Shown here in pieces: positions 38,963 through 50,722 of a stretch of DNA of 64,000 nt. The DNA comes from Daphnia carinata. Taxonomy: Eukaryota. Where the stretch lies: contig NC_081331.1 of the NCBI RefSeq assembly GCF_022539665.2, forward strand, positions 2,170,001-2,234,000. Reading direction: 5' to 3'. Under the pieces are notes generated by a model that saw only the letters and a program-made list of their open reading frames with translations, did not search any database and was not told where the DNA came from. The first letter of the stretch is position 1, and each line of letters starts with the position of its first letter. A program made the translations under genes and the position numbers.

Positions 38963-40779
38963 TTTATTTCTTTTTGGCGTCTTTCCCAGCAGTGAGACCA
39001 GCCCCGGCATTGAACTTAAACAAGATAATATCTCCATCTTCAACGACGTAAAGCTTGCCTTGTTGTCGATACTTTCCTGCTGCCTATTTTTAAAAATACA
39101 GGTAATTACCAAGATATATATATATATGCACTTCACAATTACTTTGACAGCTGCCTCACTGCCTTCCTCTTTTAAGTCGTTGAATTTAAAAACTTCCGCC
39201 ATTATAAAGCCTTTCTCGAAATCAGAATGGATACGTCCTGCCGCCTGTGGAGCCTTAGTTCCTTTCTGAAGAACGAAAAAAGAAGAAAACATGGAGCGAA
39301 AAAAATCCGGTTATCAAGAAGTGTTAAAAATAAAAATACAACCAAGGTGTAAGAAGAAGTAACGAACCTGAATGGACCAAGCTTTTACTTCATCGTGACC
39401 CGCAGTGAAGAAGTACATCAATTGCAGGACCTTATAGCCTTGCACGATAATCTTCTCGAATGTACTGTTCGCTTTATTTTCTTCGCAGAAAGCTTTCCTT
39501 GCATCAGCATCCATGTCGGCTATTTTTCCTTCGAAGGCACCAGAAAACGGAATCATCATTGCGCCAGGGTCGTTGGCATCAATCCATTCTTTGAGCTTCG
39601 GTAACCTATGGAAACATCAATGAGAAGTCAGCGATAGCCATTAGGTAGGCATAGTCTCAAGCACCATTTGTTCTTCTTCCGGATGTAATCTTTTTCTGCC
39701 ATGTTAACGAGATAAACCACAGGTTTCGATGTGATGAACAAGTGCTTATTCAAGACTTCAATCTATAATGAAACGATTTAGAAACACTTAATTTCTGGAT
39801 ACCATTAAACATATTATCATTTATCGTTCATTTTCTTTACTTCCTGTACGTTCCAGTCACCATACCGAATATGCTTTGCCTGATCAACAAGGTGCGCCTT
39901 AACTTTGCACAAAATATCCTAAGAGCGAAACAATGTTACAAAACAGACATGTGATAAGTATAATTTCTATTACGTATTCTGTCTTCATTTTTTTATCGCT
40001 ACGCATTAACGATTCCGTTTTTTTTATGGTGGCCAAAAGATATTCTTCATCTTTTAACCTGAGTTCTTCGTTAATGATTTCAATGTCGCGAACAGGGTTG
40101 ACGTCGCCTTCAACGTGGGTAATTTCTTCACTTTCAAACGTACCTTTTTATTCAAAAATGTTCTTAGTACCTTTATTGGTGTGATTTTCTACATTTTGCG
40201 ATTACTTACGACAAAGATGAAAAATCGCATCGACACCTCGGATATGAGAAAGAAAAGCATTTCCCAGTCCTTGACCTTCATGAGCTCCTTTTACTAACCC
40301 AGCAATATCCACAATATTAAGATAAGCTTGGACTTTACTATGTAGAAAATGAACAATAATTGAGAGAACTTTGATAAGGAAATCCTATTTCTAAATCTTA
40401 CCTAGCTGGTTTGTAGTGTTCACAAAGCCAATCAAACCTCTCATCAGGAACTGCTACCCTACGTACAAGAAAAAAATCAAAGTTTAATATCAGCTTTAAA
40501 TGATTTTTTATAAATTCAAAACTAAAAAAAAGACTTATTTTCATTAGGATCAATGGTACAAAACGGGAAATTTTCTGCAGGTGCTGAACTTTTGGTCAAA
40601 ATATTGAAGAAGGTGGATTTTCCTGTGTATACATAAAAATTTGGTTACTATCCACTTTACAGAAAATCATGTAGTGACTAACCAACATTTGGGAGTCCGA
40701 CAATCCCAATTTTAAGACTAGTACCAACACGTCCAATGAGAGGTTTAGGTTCTGGAGCAGCTTCTTTCTTTGGTGGCAT
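38963..40779 (-). CDS. OLA1: Obg-like ATPase 1 (YchF), copy A, ~10 exons
   Basis: MPPKK...[126 protein letters not shown]. Confidence 0.95.
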
Positions 40780-41133
40780 TTTTACCTACAAAATGTACAG
40801 CAAAAAAAAATTACAATTAATGAGCACATGGGCTGCAGGGCAACTACGTGACAGATATTCAAATATATTAATTATTCTTTGCTGCTGAAGGATCTCAGCA
40901 CCACAGTAAGACTGAGATTTTGAGCTTGTAATAAAATATTAATGAAATTAGAAACAAAAAACACTTTACAAACCTAGAAGAAAAATTTCACGAAGTTGAT
41001 TCCAGTAAAACTAAAACAAAACCAAACCGGTTAAAGTAGGTATAGCCCCAGAAGAGGGCTTAAGCGTAGGTGATGTGTATATTCGAACCGCTAGATGCCT
41101 CAGTTGCGGGTACGGAAACAACCAACATCGGGA

Positions 41134-42740
41134 GCCCTGCGCTGGTACGTACTAGCGTGCCAACTTATGTTTTTTTACAGTTTTTGCCCGAATATTCGGT
41201 GTAATTCAAAAATGGCTAATTTGAGAAGAAAACGAATGGCCTTTTTTGAATCAGCGTAAAATTTTGATTATACTGTGTGATTTTTATCGAATTACAAGTG
41301 ATGTCATTTTTGGCCGATTTTGACAAAAAAATGAAAAAGTGAGAAGGCTATAGCCTTCTCACTTTTCTCTCACTCTCACGAAAAAAATGAAAATGAAAAT
41401 GAAAAAAAAAGAAAGAAAATGAAAATGAAAATTTTTGACAAAATTTTAAATTTCGCTTAAAATACATGATTTCGGTTTAGAATTGTATGCTTATTACGAA
41501 AATCCAATTTATTTTTCAATTGGCTTTATGGTTTTTTAATTAAACGTAAAAAACGAAAAAATAAGGAAAGTCGGGCTTACTATTTAGTCGGGCTTAAAAA
41601 TTATTTCTGCAAAATATGACAGTCACCGAAATTGGTTGAATATCACAGGATATACTCAAAATTGAATGCTGATTCTGGGAAAATTGCTATTTTTTCCGTT
41701 AAGTCAATCGTTTTTGAGATACACCGAATATTTAGAAAAGTAATAGCGCGCCAGTACGCACCAGCGCAAGCGCGATGCAGCACAAATATTCAATGTATTT
41801 CAAAAACGGTTGGCCCAATGAAAAAAGTAACGACATATTTGTAATTCTCCTTTAATTTCGAATCAAATTCATATATTTTTATAGCTAAAATTAGATGTAA
41901 AAAAAAATCTAAATCAAAATTAAGCCCGACAAAATAAGTCGGGCTTAATTTTGAGTATGCTGAAATTCGGCTTTGTAATTTTGAAATTAGATTTGATTTG
42001 AATTAACCTAAAATAAAACGCAAATTTCATGGGAAATATTTGTTTTCTCGTCAAACCAGCCGTTTTGTAATAAATGGAATTAACGCGCTGCTGGCGCGCA
42101 AACATTTATCACCCGTTTTTTCCGTTTATTAATAAAGCTATAACCCCAAAGTAAAAACAAACTTCATTTTTGTGATTCTCGTTCAATTTTGAATCGAAAT
42201 CATGTATTTTTAATCAAATTTATATTTTGGCCAAAAATGGAAAAGTGGAAAGGCTATAGCCTTCCTACTTTTGTCAAAATCAACAAAAAATAAAAACTCT
42301 TAGAATCCGATAAAAATCACACGGAACAAGCAAAATTAAACGTTGATTTTGAAAAAGTGGTTTATTTTTGTGTCAAATCAATCGATTTTGAATTATACCC
42401 AATATTCAATGGAATGCTAAGGCGGCAGTACGACCAGCGCTAGCGCGCCAGTACGCACCAGCACAAATATTCGGTGATGCAGCCCAAATATTCGGTGTAT
42501 TTCAAAAATGGTTGTTCCAATGAAAAAATGAACGACATATATGTGATTATCGTTTAATTTCGAATCAAGGCCATGTATTTTTATAGCTATACCTATAAAA
42601 AAGTCTTATCTAAAAATAAGCCCGAAAAAGTCGGGCTTAATTTTCGGTATGGCAGAAATTCAGTTTGTAATTTTAACATTAAATTTGATGTAAATTAACC
42701 TAAAACGCTGATGCCAGAAAAAATATTTGTTTTTTCGTTT
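41134..42740. mobile_element. Non-coding AT-rich foldback/MITE-like repeat made of inverted and direct modules with palindromes
   Basis: ~41188-41560 recurs inverted and diverged at ~42110-42410; ~41743-42015 recurs directly at ~42441-42705. Perfect 32-bp palindrome at 41335-41366, with a degenerate copy at ~42241-42272. Hairpins AAGCCCGA...TCGGGCTT at ~41916-41952 and ~42617-42644. No coding homology recognised. Confidence 0.65.
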
Positions 42741-42804
42741 GTATTTAATTTTCCGGGTGTACCCATGGTTCGACGTCGGGAAAAATATAAACGCAACAAA
42801 AGGA

Positions 42805-44616
42805 TCATTTCTTTTTTACATCTTTTCCAACTGTGAGACCAGCCCCAGCATTGAACTTGAACAAAATTATATCTCCATCTTCTACAACATAAAGTTTTCC
42901 TTGTTGTCGGTACTTCCCTGCAGCCTAGACAAAACATGTTAACATTGATTAAAATTACCAAAAAAAAAAAATGCCTATAAATTACTTTAACGGCTGCCTC
43001 ACTGCCTTCTTCTTTCAGGTCAGCAAATTTAAATACCTCTGCCATAATGAAACCTTTTTCAAAATCTGAATGAATTCGACCACCTGCCTGTGGTGCCTTG
43101 GTTCCTTTCTGTAACAAGCAGGTAAAAATTTGGTTTGAGAATTGTTTTTGTTTACAAGCATGTGTGTGACTGACTTGAATGGTCCAAGCTTTGACCTCAT
43201 TAGGGCCCGCGGTGAAGAAGTACATTAAATTCAAAGACTTATAGCCCTGAGCAATAATCTTATTGAAAGCACTGCTAGTTTTCTTTTCTTCACAAAAAGC
43301 ATTACTTGTGTTGGCATCCATATCAGCTAGCTTGGCTTCCAAGGTCCCGGAAAACGGTAACATAATGGCACCTGGATCATTTATATCGATCCATTCTTTG
43401 AGCTTTGGTAACCTATGGAAGAATAAGAAGTAACTTGCCTGTCCATTAATTTAATATATAGTAATATTAATTACGCACCACTTATTCTTCTTCCGGATAT
43501 AATCGGCTTCTGCCATGTTAACCAGATAAATAACAGGTTTAGATGTGATAAACAAATGCTTGTTCAGAACATCGATCTAGATCACCACAAATAGTTTTAA
43601 TTCCGGGTTTGTGAGGAAAACTCAGAATTTGGAACTTTATTTATTTCTTACTTCTTGCACGTTCCAATCTCCGTAACGAATGTGTTTTCCTTGGTCAACA
43701 AGATGAGTCTTAATTTTGCAAAGAATATCCTAAAAATGAGAGCGCATATTACACAAACTCACAGTCTGAATACTATAATTTGGTTACGTATTCTGTCTTC
43801 ATCTTTTTATCTGTACGCATAAGTGATTCCACTTTTTTAATTGCAGCCGTCAGAGATTCTTCATCTTTCAACCTAAGTTCTTCATTGATGATTTCAATAT
43901 CTCGCACAGGATTGACGTCGCCTTCCACATGAGTTACCTCTTCACTCTCAAAAGTACCTGTTTTTGTTCAAAGAATCAAAATTAACAATTGGGAGTTTCC
44001 CCGATCAGTAGTATAGTTTCTCATGACTATTGCTTACGGCATAGATGAAAAATCGCATCGACGCTCCTTATGTGAGAAAGAAATGCATTTCCCAAACCTT
44101 GGCCTTCATGAGCTCCTTTTACTAATCCGGCAATATCCACTATGTTTAGGTAAGCTTCAATTTTGGGACTGTGATAAAGCTAGAAAATGAAGAACAATCA
44201 AGAATACAAAGGATGGATGATATGATTCTTCAAACTTTACCTTGAAGGTTTATAATGCTGAAGCAGCCAATCAAACCTTTCATCAGGGACTGCTACCTTA
44301 CGTGAACACCAAACCAAAAGTTTAATATGACAGTAAGCAAAAATTTTGTTCTTAATCACTAAAACAACACTTATTTTCATTCGGATCAATGGTGCAAAAT
44401 GGAAAATTCTCTGCAGGTGCTGCACTTTTTGTCAGCACATTGAAGAAGGTAGATTTGCCTATGCAAAGTTGAAAGGTGAGACCATATGTCATGATTATTG
44501 GAAGAACACACTTACTTACCAACATTTGGGAGTCCAACAATTCCTATTTTCAGACTTGTACCAATACGTCCAATAAGAGGTTTCTGTTCTTGAGCAGCTT
44601 CTTTTTTAGGGGGCAT
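42805..44616 (-). CDS. OLA1: Obg-like ATPase 1 (YchF), copy B (tandem paralog with the same exon layout)
   Basis: [104 protein letters not shown]. Intron positions match copy A; no frameshift or stop seen. Confidence 0.93.
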
Positions 44617-45188
44617 TGCAGTCTCTGTATATTAAAGAAATGGTTATAAATGTGCATATATCTCAAACCATTGTCAGTCATATCATGAAGTAGACTTCAA
44701 CTTTATGTGATAAACAGAAAAAAATGACAGCTTTGACAAATATGCCTTCTGTCGACAGCTTATTCTTTCTGTTTGACGATTTCGATGTTTAATGCAAGAT
44801 ATTATTTCACTACATCTAGTAATATCAAATACACGGCACAAGATTTCAGGATACCTTGAACAACAAGTCACGAAATCGGTACAACCCACCGGCACTGTGG
44901 CAAGTGGCAAGTACGTTGCAGACTAGAAACGGTGGCAAGGCTAGAACGTTGCCAGACTGGGGACATAAATCCCTATTTAAAAAAAATAAAATCCCCGCGC
45001 CTAAAACTGCATTGCCAGAGGGGCGTAATACCCCAAACCGAGCTCCACTTTCCACTGTTTGGTAACGAATGCAGAATTGAAATGTGTGGGAAAAAAAGTG
45101 GAAAAATAAAGTGGAACCTAGTGCGGCCAGCTGGAAAGGGAAAAAAGAAATGACTGAGGCTAGATTCGAACTCGGGTCTCCAGCTTAT

Positions 45189-45302
45189 GTATAGCTTGTT
45201 ATATTGTATATATATAATATATTGTATATATAGTTGTTATATTGTTATATAGTTGTTATATATATGTTATATATTGTTATATTGTTATATATATATATAT
45301 AT
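45189..45302. repeat. TA-rich low-complexity / (TA)n microsatellite
   Basis: Degenerate gttatatatt repeats ending in a pure (ta)n run. Confidence 0.85.
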
Positions 45303-45802
45303 GTCTCTGCCTCGCAACACTAACACACCCTAATGGTGTTAGGGTGTTAAACGGTGGCAAAAACTTACGGGTAGCGAATTGGGTCACATATCCCGATGAT
45401 AAGCTGCCTGCATCCACGAGCCGTCTTTCAGGCCGTGGGGAGGCTAACGAACAGCCTACGTTCAACGATCACCTCTTCTCTACCTTTCAGCTTGTGGTTC
45501 GATCTTCAAGGTAGTGAACAGTACTACAGATCGATTTTTAGCCTGTCAAGGCTGTTTTTGCCATTTTTAGCCTGGCAAGGCTTTTTTTTGGTGTGCCATT
45601 TAGCCCCTTTATAGTAGGCAAGGCTCTTCTTTTTTCTCTTTTCTTTTCTTCTTCTTTTTTCTTTCTTTCTTTCTTCCATCTTCTTTTTTTCTTTCTTGAG
45701 GGCGTAGAATCTTGCGTCTTGATCTGTTGTAGAAGCTTGCGTAATCCGATGAATCTTGCGTATCTTGAATGAAGATTTGGAGGGAAAGGGAGGGGGGGAA
45801 AT

Positions 45803-45875
45803 TGGCGGTGTCGGGACTTGAACCCGGGGCCTTCAGAATGCGAAGCGAAGGTGGTAACCACTGTGCCAGGACCGC
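45803..45875 (-). pseudogene. Degenerate tRNA-like sequence (Ala-CGC-like); pseudogene or SINE-type head
   Basis: Minus strand GCGGTCCTGGCACAGTGGTTACCACCTTCGCTTCGCATTCTGAAGGCCCCGGGTTCAAGTCCCGACACCGCCA has an A-box-like TGGCACAGTGG, B box GGTTCAAGTCC, a near-intact T stem and loop TT-CGC-AT. The D stem does not pair and the acceptor stem has mismatches. Confidence 0.65.
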
Positions 45876-47076
45876 ACATCTCAAACAAATTTATTTTTCA
45901 TCGACCTTCGTTCTAATACCGGAGCTATATAATATATGACTAATAGTGGTGTCGCGCTGTGGTAGGGCGCTGTGGTATAGCACTGAGATCATACGTCGAC
46001 TGTCCGTGTTCGGTTCTTATAGACGCCATTGCTTCAAATTTTTTTTAATTATTTTTATAAATGTAAATAAAAAAAATAAAATAACCCATTTTATTTATTT
46101 TAGAACAGTATTAAATCGAACACATTTTTAAAGCAATTAACCAGTGCCCGTCAAAGCCAAACAAGTTACCAGAAAAATTTAAATTGGCTATGGAAATAAA
46201 ACCATCGGATTGCCCCATCATATTTGTTTAGTTAAGCAATAAAGATATGGTTTTTTCCAAAAATAATTGTCATCGAACTTTCAACGTTATAAAGCCTCAA
46301 GAGAATCACAGCGTTTCCCAATGAACAGTGTGTTGCTCACCTAGATAACAAAATTGTGTGAGAGGCCTCGGGTTCATCATGTCTCAACAACAAATTGTTC
46401 ATCATGGTTCAACAAAATAGATTCGTAATTCCTACGTATATATTCAAGGAACTCTCCCCAGCTTTTGCAATTGGGTCAAGTGCTTGTCAGAAATTCAGTC
46501 GGAGACTTGAGTCTTAAAAAATTCGGCGTGCGATATGTTTGGCACAGACGTTTGGAGGATCAAATGGAGTTCGTGGTGTATCCTAGTCAGTGTTACTTTC
46601 TGAAAAGCGTACCGTTCACCATTGTCCGCTTGGTGGCTCTTATTGAGGAACATTTTACATTTGAAGTTGCATAGAAGCGCCAAAAGCAACAGCGGTTTGG
46701 CCAAAAATCTCAAAATCCCGAGAAATCCCCAGAAAATTAAATAGGCCCTGGATAATCCCGGAAACCCTAGATTTCCATAACTGCACCCTAGATTCCAAAA
46801 ATTTTCCTTAAATCCCCCTAAATAGGGTAATATCCCTAGAAGTGGAATGGCTGGGCACAAGTGATGTGGCCTAAAAGCTACGAAAGAGTCGTCACTTTGA
46901 AGTGTACGAAACACCAACTAGGTGTCCAAATAATTGAAGCGGGAATTTTGGTTTTATTTGACTTCGTTTATTTGATGACGAAATGAGTTTTGCTGGTTTT
47001 GTCACAAACTTTCGCACAGAATGTGGAAATCTTGGCCACACCTCTCAGTATGATTTTTAACTTTCCCAGAGTATTT

Positions 47077-50000
47077 TCAAGACAAGGAGACGGAACCACA
47101 GTCCTGAAACACCATGGCAAAATGAAAATTCAACTATTCTTTATGACACACACAACCATGTGAACAATAAAAGATGCCATCACAATTATTTCTTTTTTTA
47201 ATCTATTCATAAAAGGGAAATTAGTTGATTGGTTACTTACTTCGTCGGCAGTAGAAAATCTATGAAAAACAGTGCTGTCTCTAAGTTCTTCGACAGGCAT
47301 TTCCATGGGTCGCGAAACAGTGTCTAATGCATTAGTGAGCAGGCTAACAAGCGTTCCAAGTACAATGACAATAAGCATTCCAATCACTGTGTACCACAGA
47401 TAAGAAATTCTTAGCAGAATAAAGACTTCCTCCTGTCTGAACAGAAAAACTAAAATTACCATTAAATAAACAAAGAAAGACCAGGCATGCAGTTTAAGTA
47501 CTCATCGGGAATCGACGAATTGCCCAAGTTTGGGTTTACAGATAATGAACCGAAACTTTCGTTATAATAAGCGGAACAATTTTCTATGCTAAAAGATTTG
47601 GTTTGATTGTTGTAGACAACTCCAGTGGATTTAGCGATTTGCGCACTTAACCCGAGCCACATCATAAATCCAAATGCAGTAAGCATGCCCACTCCAGCTC
47701 CCTTTGGAAAATGAAACAAAGCGTAACGCCAAATCTAATTTTGCACTACATAGCTAAATTGAGCGGTTACTTACGATGGCGTTAGCACAGGGAACGAAGA
47801 TGCCAAGAGTAAATACTCCTAAAATCGATCCAGCCACAGCGCCATCAAAACTCAAAGTTGCCTGTTCGGAAGTCATAAGCAAATCGAATGAAGTGGAAAA
47901 ATATAAATTAAGTGAGCTGCAATAAAATATATGCTTACGCTATACATACGTCTAAGATAGTTTTGATTTGAGCTACAACAAAAACCATGCTGAAACTAAG
48001 AACTCCAAATACGAATGACACTCCTTTGACAACACCGGTAGCGGTCCGCTCTCGCATATTTGGGAAGACGGGTCGAATGAAATCCTCCAGAACTATAAGG
48101 GCTACTGCATTAAGGACGCTTGACAAAGTGCTACACGAAGGACGTAAACATTGCATAAGTTCCAGGTGTTTGTGTACGACTTGAAAATAGTCACATTAGC
48201 CCATGTATACGTTGAATTCTTAACTTTGACGATGAAAAATGTAATCAGTAGGCTTACCTGAGCGCACCGCTGAAAATCCCAGCAACAAAAAGCCCTGGAA
48301 GCCCCGGAAAATCACCAAGCACATCCATGACAAAGAATGGCACAATTTGGTCTGCTTTATCGATAACCTGTTGATAAAAAGTTGCCAGATTAATGCATCA
48401 TTACTACGTATGGTGCCTCAGTACGTTGAAGACGAAAATTTCTAGTGAATATGTTTTAGCCCTATTTTTGGAATTTACTTACCTTGGCAGTTAACGGATC
48501 ACAATCAAAGTACTTCGAGTACATGACTAGCCCAACCACACCACAAAGAAGAATGATGCCACACACAGCGACCAAATTGCTCCACATGGATCTGACGAGA
48601 ATGATTGTAGATTGGCAGTAAATATTATATAACGCTCAACGCTATGAAAATTGTGAAAGGGCATGCTCAGTTATACATTTTTGCTTTACGAAGGGTTTTC
48701 ATCACAAGAAAACGCTGGACAGTGGTCTGATCAACTGCATACCAACTCATCCAGTAGAAGAAGCCTCCAATAACAAGCGACCAAACCTATGATATAGAAT
48801 CGTCAGCTGAATAGTAAACGATACAAAGGGATTCGTAAAAAAAACAGTTTACCGTATGCGGAGTTGTGGGGTCGATATCAATGCTGTAAAACAATAAACA
48901 GTGCAAGAAATGAATTGGTACATTCCTCTAAAAGATTGCCTACTTCAATAGCTCCATACGGGACGTGTTGTAATTACGCTCCCAAACTGGTCCCCAACCT
49001 CCAACGTCGAATACTCCTTTGATTATGAGAATGATAATCGAGCCATACATCATTACAAATTGGATGGTATCCGTCCATACAACAGCTTTGATTCCACCCT
49101 ATAAGCCCAGTTTTTTTAGAGTAAAAAAATTGCAATCAATGCTTAATTTCATGTTTGAAAATTTACTATTGCTGTGTAAAACGTGCAGACGGCGAATAAA
49201 ATGCCAACTGACGCCAAGGTATGAATTCCGGTGACTAGATCAATAAAATAGGGAAAATATAAAGAAAAACTGAATGGAAAAATGTGTGAAAAAATCAAGA
49301 GTGCTACCTTGTCTGAGGGCCCAAGAAGGTCCAATTGCCACAATGGATAAGTATAACAACTGAAACAAATTACACTACGCGTTTAATTTTTGACTTTACG
49401 GTACTGCACAAACTTATTGCGGATCGTTTACCTGCTTTACCACGAATAACATTGATGCGAGGCGTCTTATTATCAGGTTGAATCGTACTTCTAAATACTA
49501 AAATTGAAGCGCCAATGAGGTAAAACATAGTTGATTCAAATCACAGGTGAATTCGAAAGTTACCTGATTTGCTGAAACAATTTTCAATCGATAGAAAATG
49601 GGTAAATACACATGAGTTGCAGCAGCGATAGAGAGAACTGCAGATACAGTTAACCAAACATACATCGTTCCATTAAGGTAAACCTCTGTGGGTGCGCCTA
49701 GAAGTGTCGTCGCAGAGATTGAGCTATAAAAAACGGAAAATATTTCATTAATATCCCGTCAATAGATTGCCCTTTGTAGAAAATTTTTTTGTTAGGTTTG
49801 AGCTCCGCTAGCGCATTTTGAATAAACAGCGGACCAGAATTTCTGTTTTGTAAGATCAACTTTAACACATTGTGAATGATAAACGCTTGTTTGATCCCAC
49901 AGCCAGGAAATACGTCAAACGCAAGCAATAACATCATCACGGATTCATAGATGATACTCTATTCTCCAAGTAAGGAGAGACAGGTTCTTGTGCGATGGAA

Positions 50001-50234
50001 ACTTAAAAGCTGGAAAACGTGAAAATGCTGAAAATAATACCTGGCGGCAAGAGACATAGCTACAGGGAATATAGGCATCTTTCTTCCCCCCATCAGGTAG
50101 TTGGAGGTCGAATCACTGGCGCCTTGCCAAGCGTGGTAAATACCAACCAGTGACGACACCAGCAGAGTCAAAGCGAATAGAAGGTAATCGACCCAGGTGA
50201 AGAGTTTTGGCCATGAATCTGATGTCGTCGCCAT
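47077..50234 (-). CDS. SLC5 sodium:solute symporter (SMCT/SMVT-like), copy A, multi-exon
   Basis: DYLLFALTLLVSSLVGIYHA, YLMGGRKMPIFPVAMSLAA, TTLLGAPTEVYLNG, YLEVRFN, YTAI|GGIKAVVWTDTIQF, YAVDQTTVQRF, DFPGLPGLFVAGIFSGAL|STLSSVLNA, ILGVFTLGIF, ISYLWYTVIG. Confidence 0.9.
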
Positions 50235-50722
50235 GGCTTTTGCATACGCAGAAATTTCTGTTGCAACGAAATGAATTGTTGGAAAACACTAAGCAACTAT
50301 AAGGAAACCAAGAAACACTTTTTTCGATCTTCAAGTCTTTAAACTCTCTGTTGCAATGCGTTTGGGATTGGATGTGACCGTTACTGCCAAACCTGAATTA
50401 GGTGACTGCCATTCTTTTCTCCAGGCCACAACTCTTGGGTTCGCTGCAGCCTCTTTTCGTCGTTGAGCGTTTCTCTTTTTATTCTTTTCCATGTCTCTCC
50501 ATGTGCCTGCTTCCAATACAAGCTGCGCCGTACATGGACATTGTGCCATCTTTCCCTAAATGGAGTTACTTTATTGAATGTTTTAGCTTCTCTTACTTTT
50601 TTTTATTTTGCGCTTTGCGTTTCAATTTCGCAAGTTTGTAGAAATGATGTATTTACAAATGAGCTACAAACCGGCCCTATAAAGTGAAAGCAATTTCTGG
50701 TTTTATTGTGAACACATTCACT

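Noticed and set aside
41134..42740. Repeat array as a CRISPR-like locus
   Set aside because: Eukaryotic context, irregular spacing, long diverged modules in mixed orientation, no unique spacers and no cas genes.
24790..44616. RpL9, LARP1 and two OLA1 copies as a translation-related cluster
   Set aside because: Interrupted by unrelated genes, and translation genes are abundant enough for chance proximity. Only the RpL9-LARP1 divergent pair was kept.
46495..46917. 140-aa minus-strand ORF
   Set aside because: Low-complexity G/F/L translation of a repeat-like stretch; no transposase or other motif recognised.
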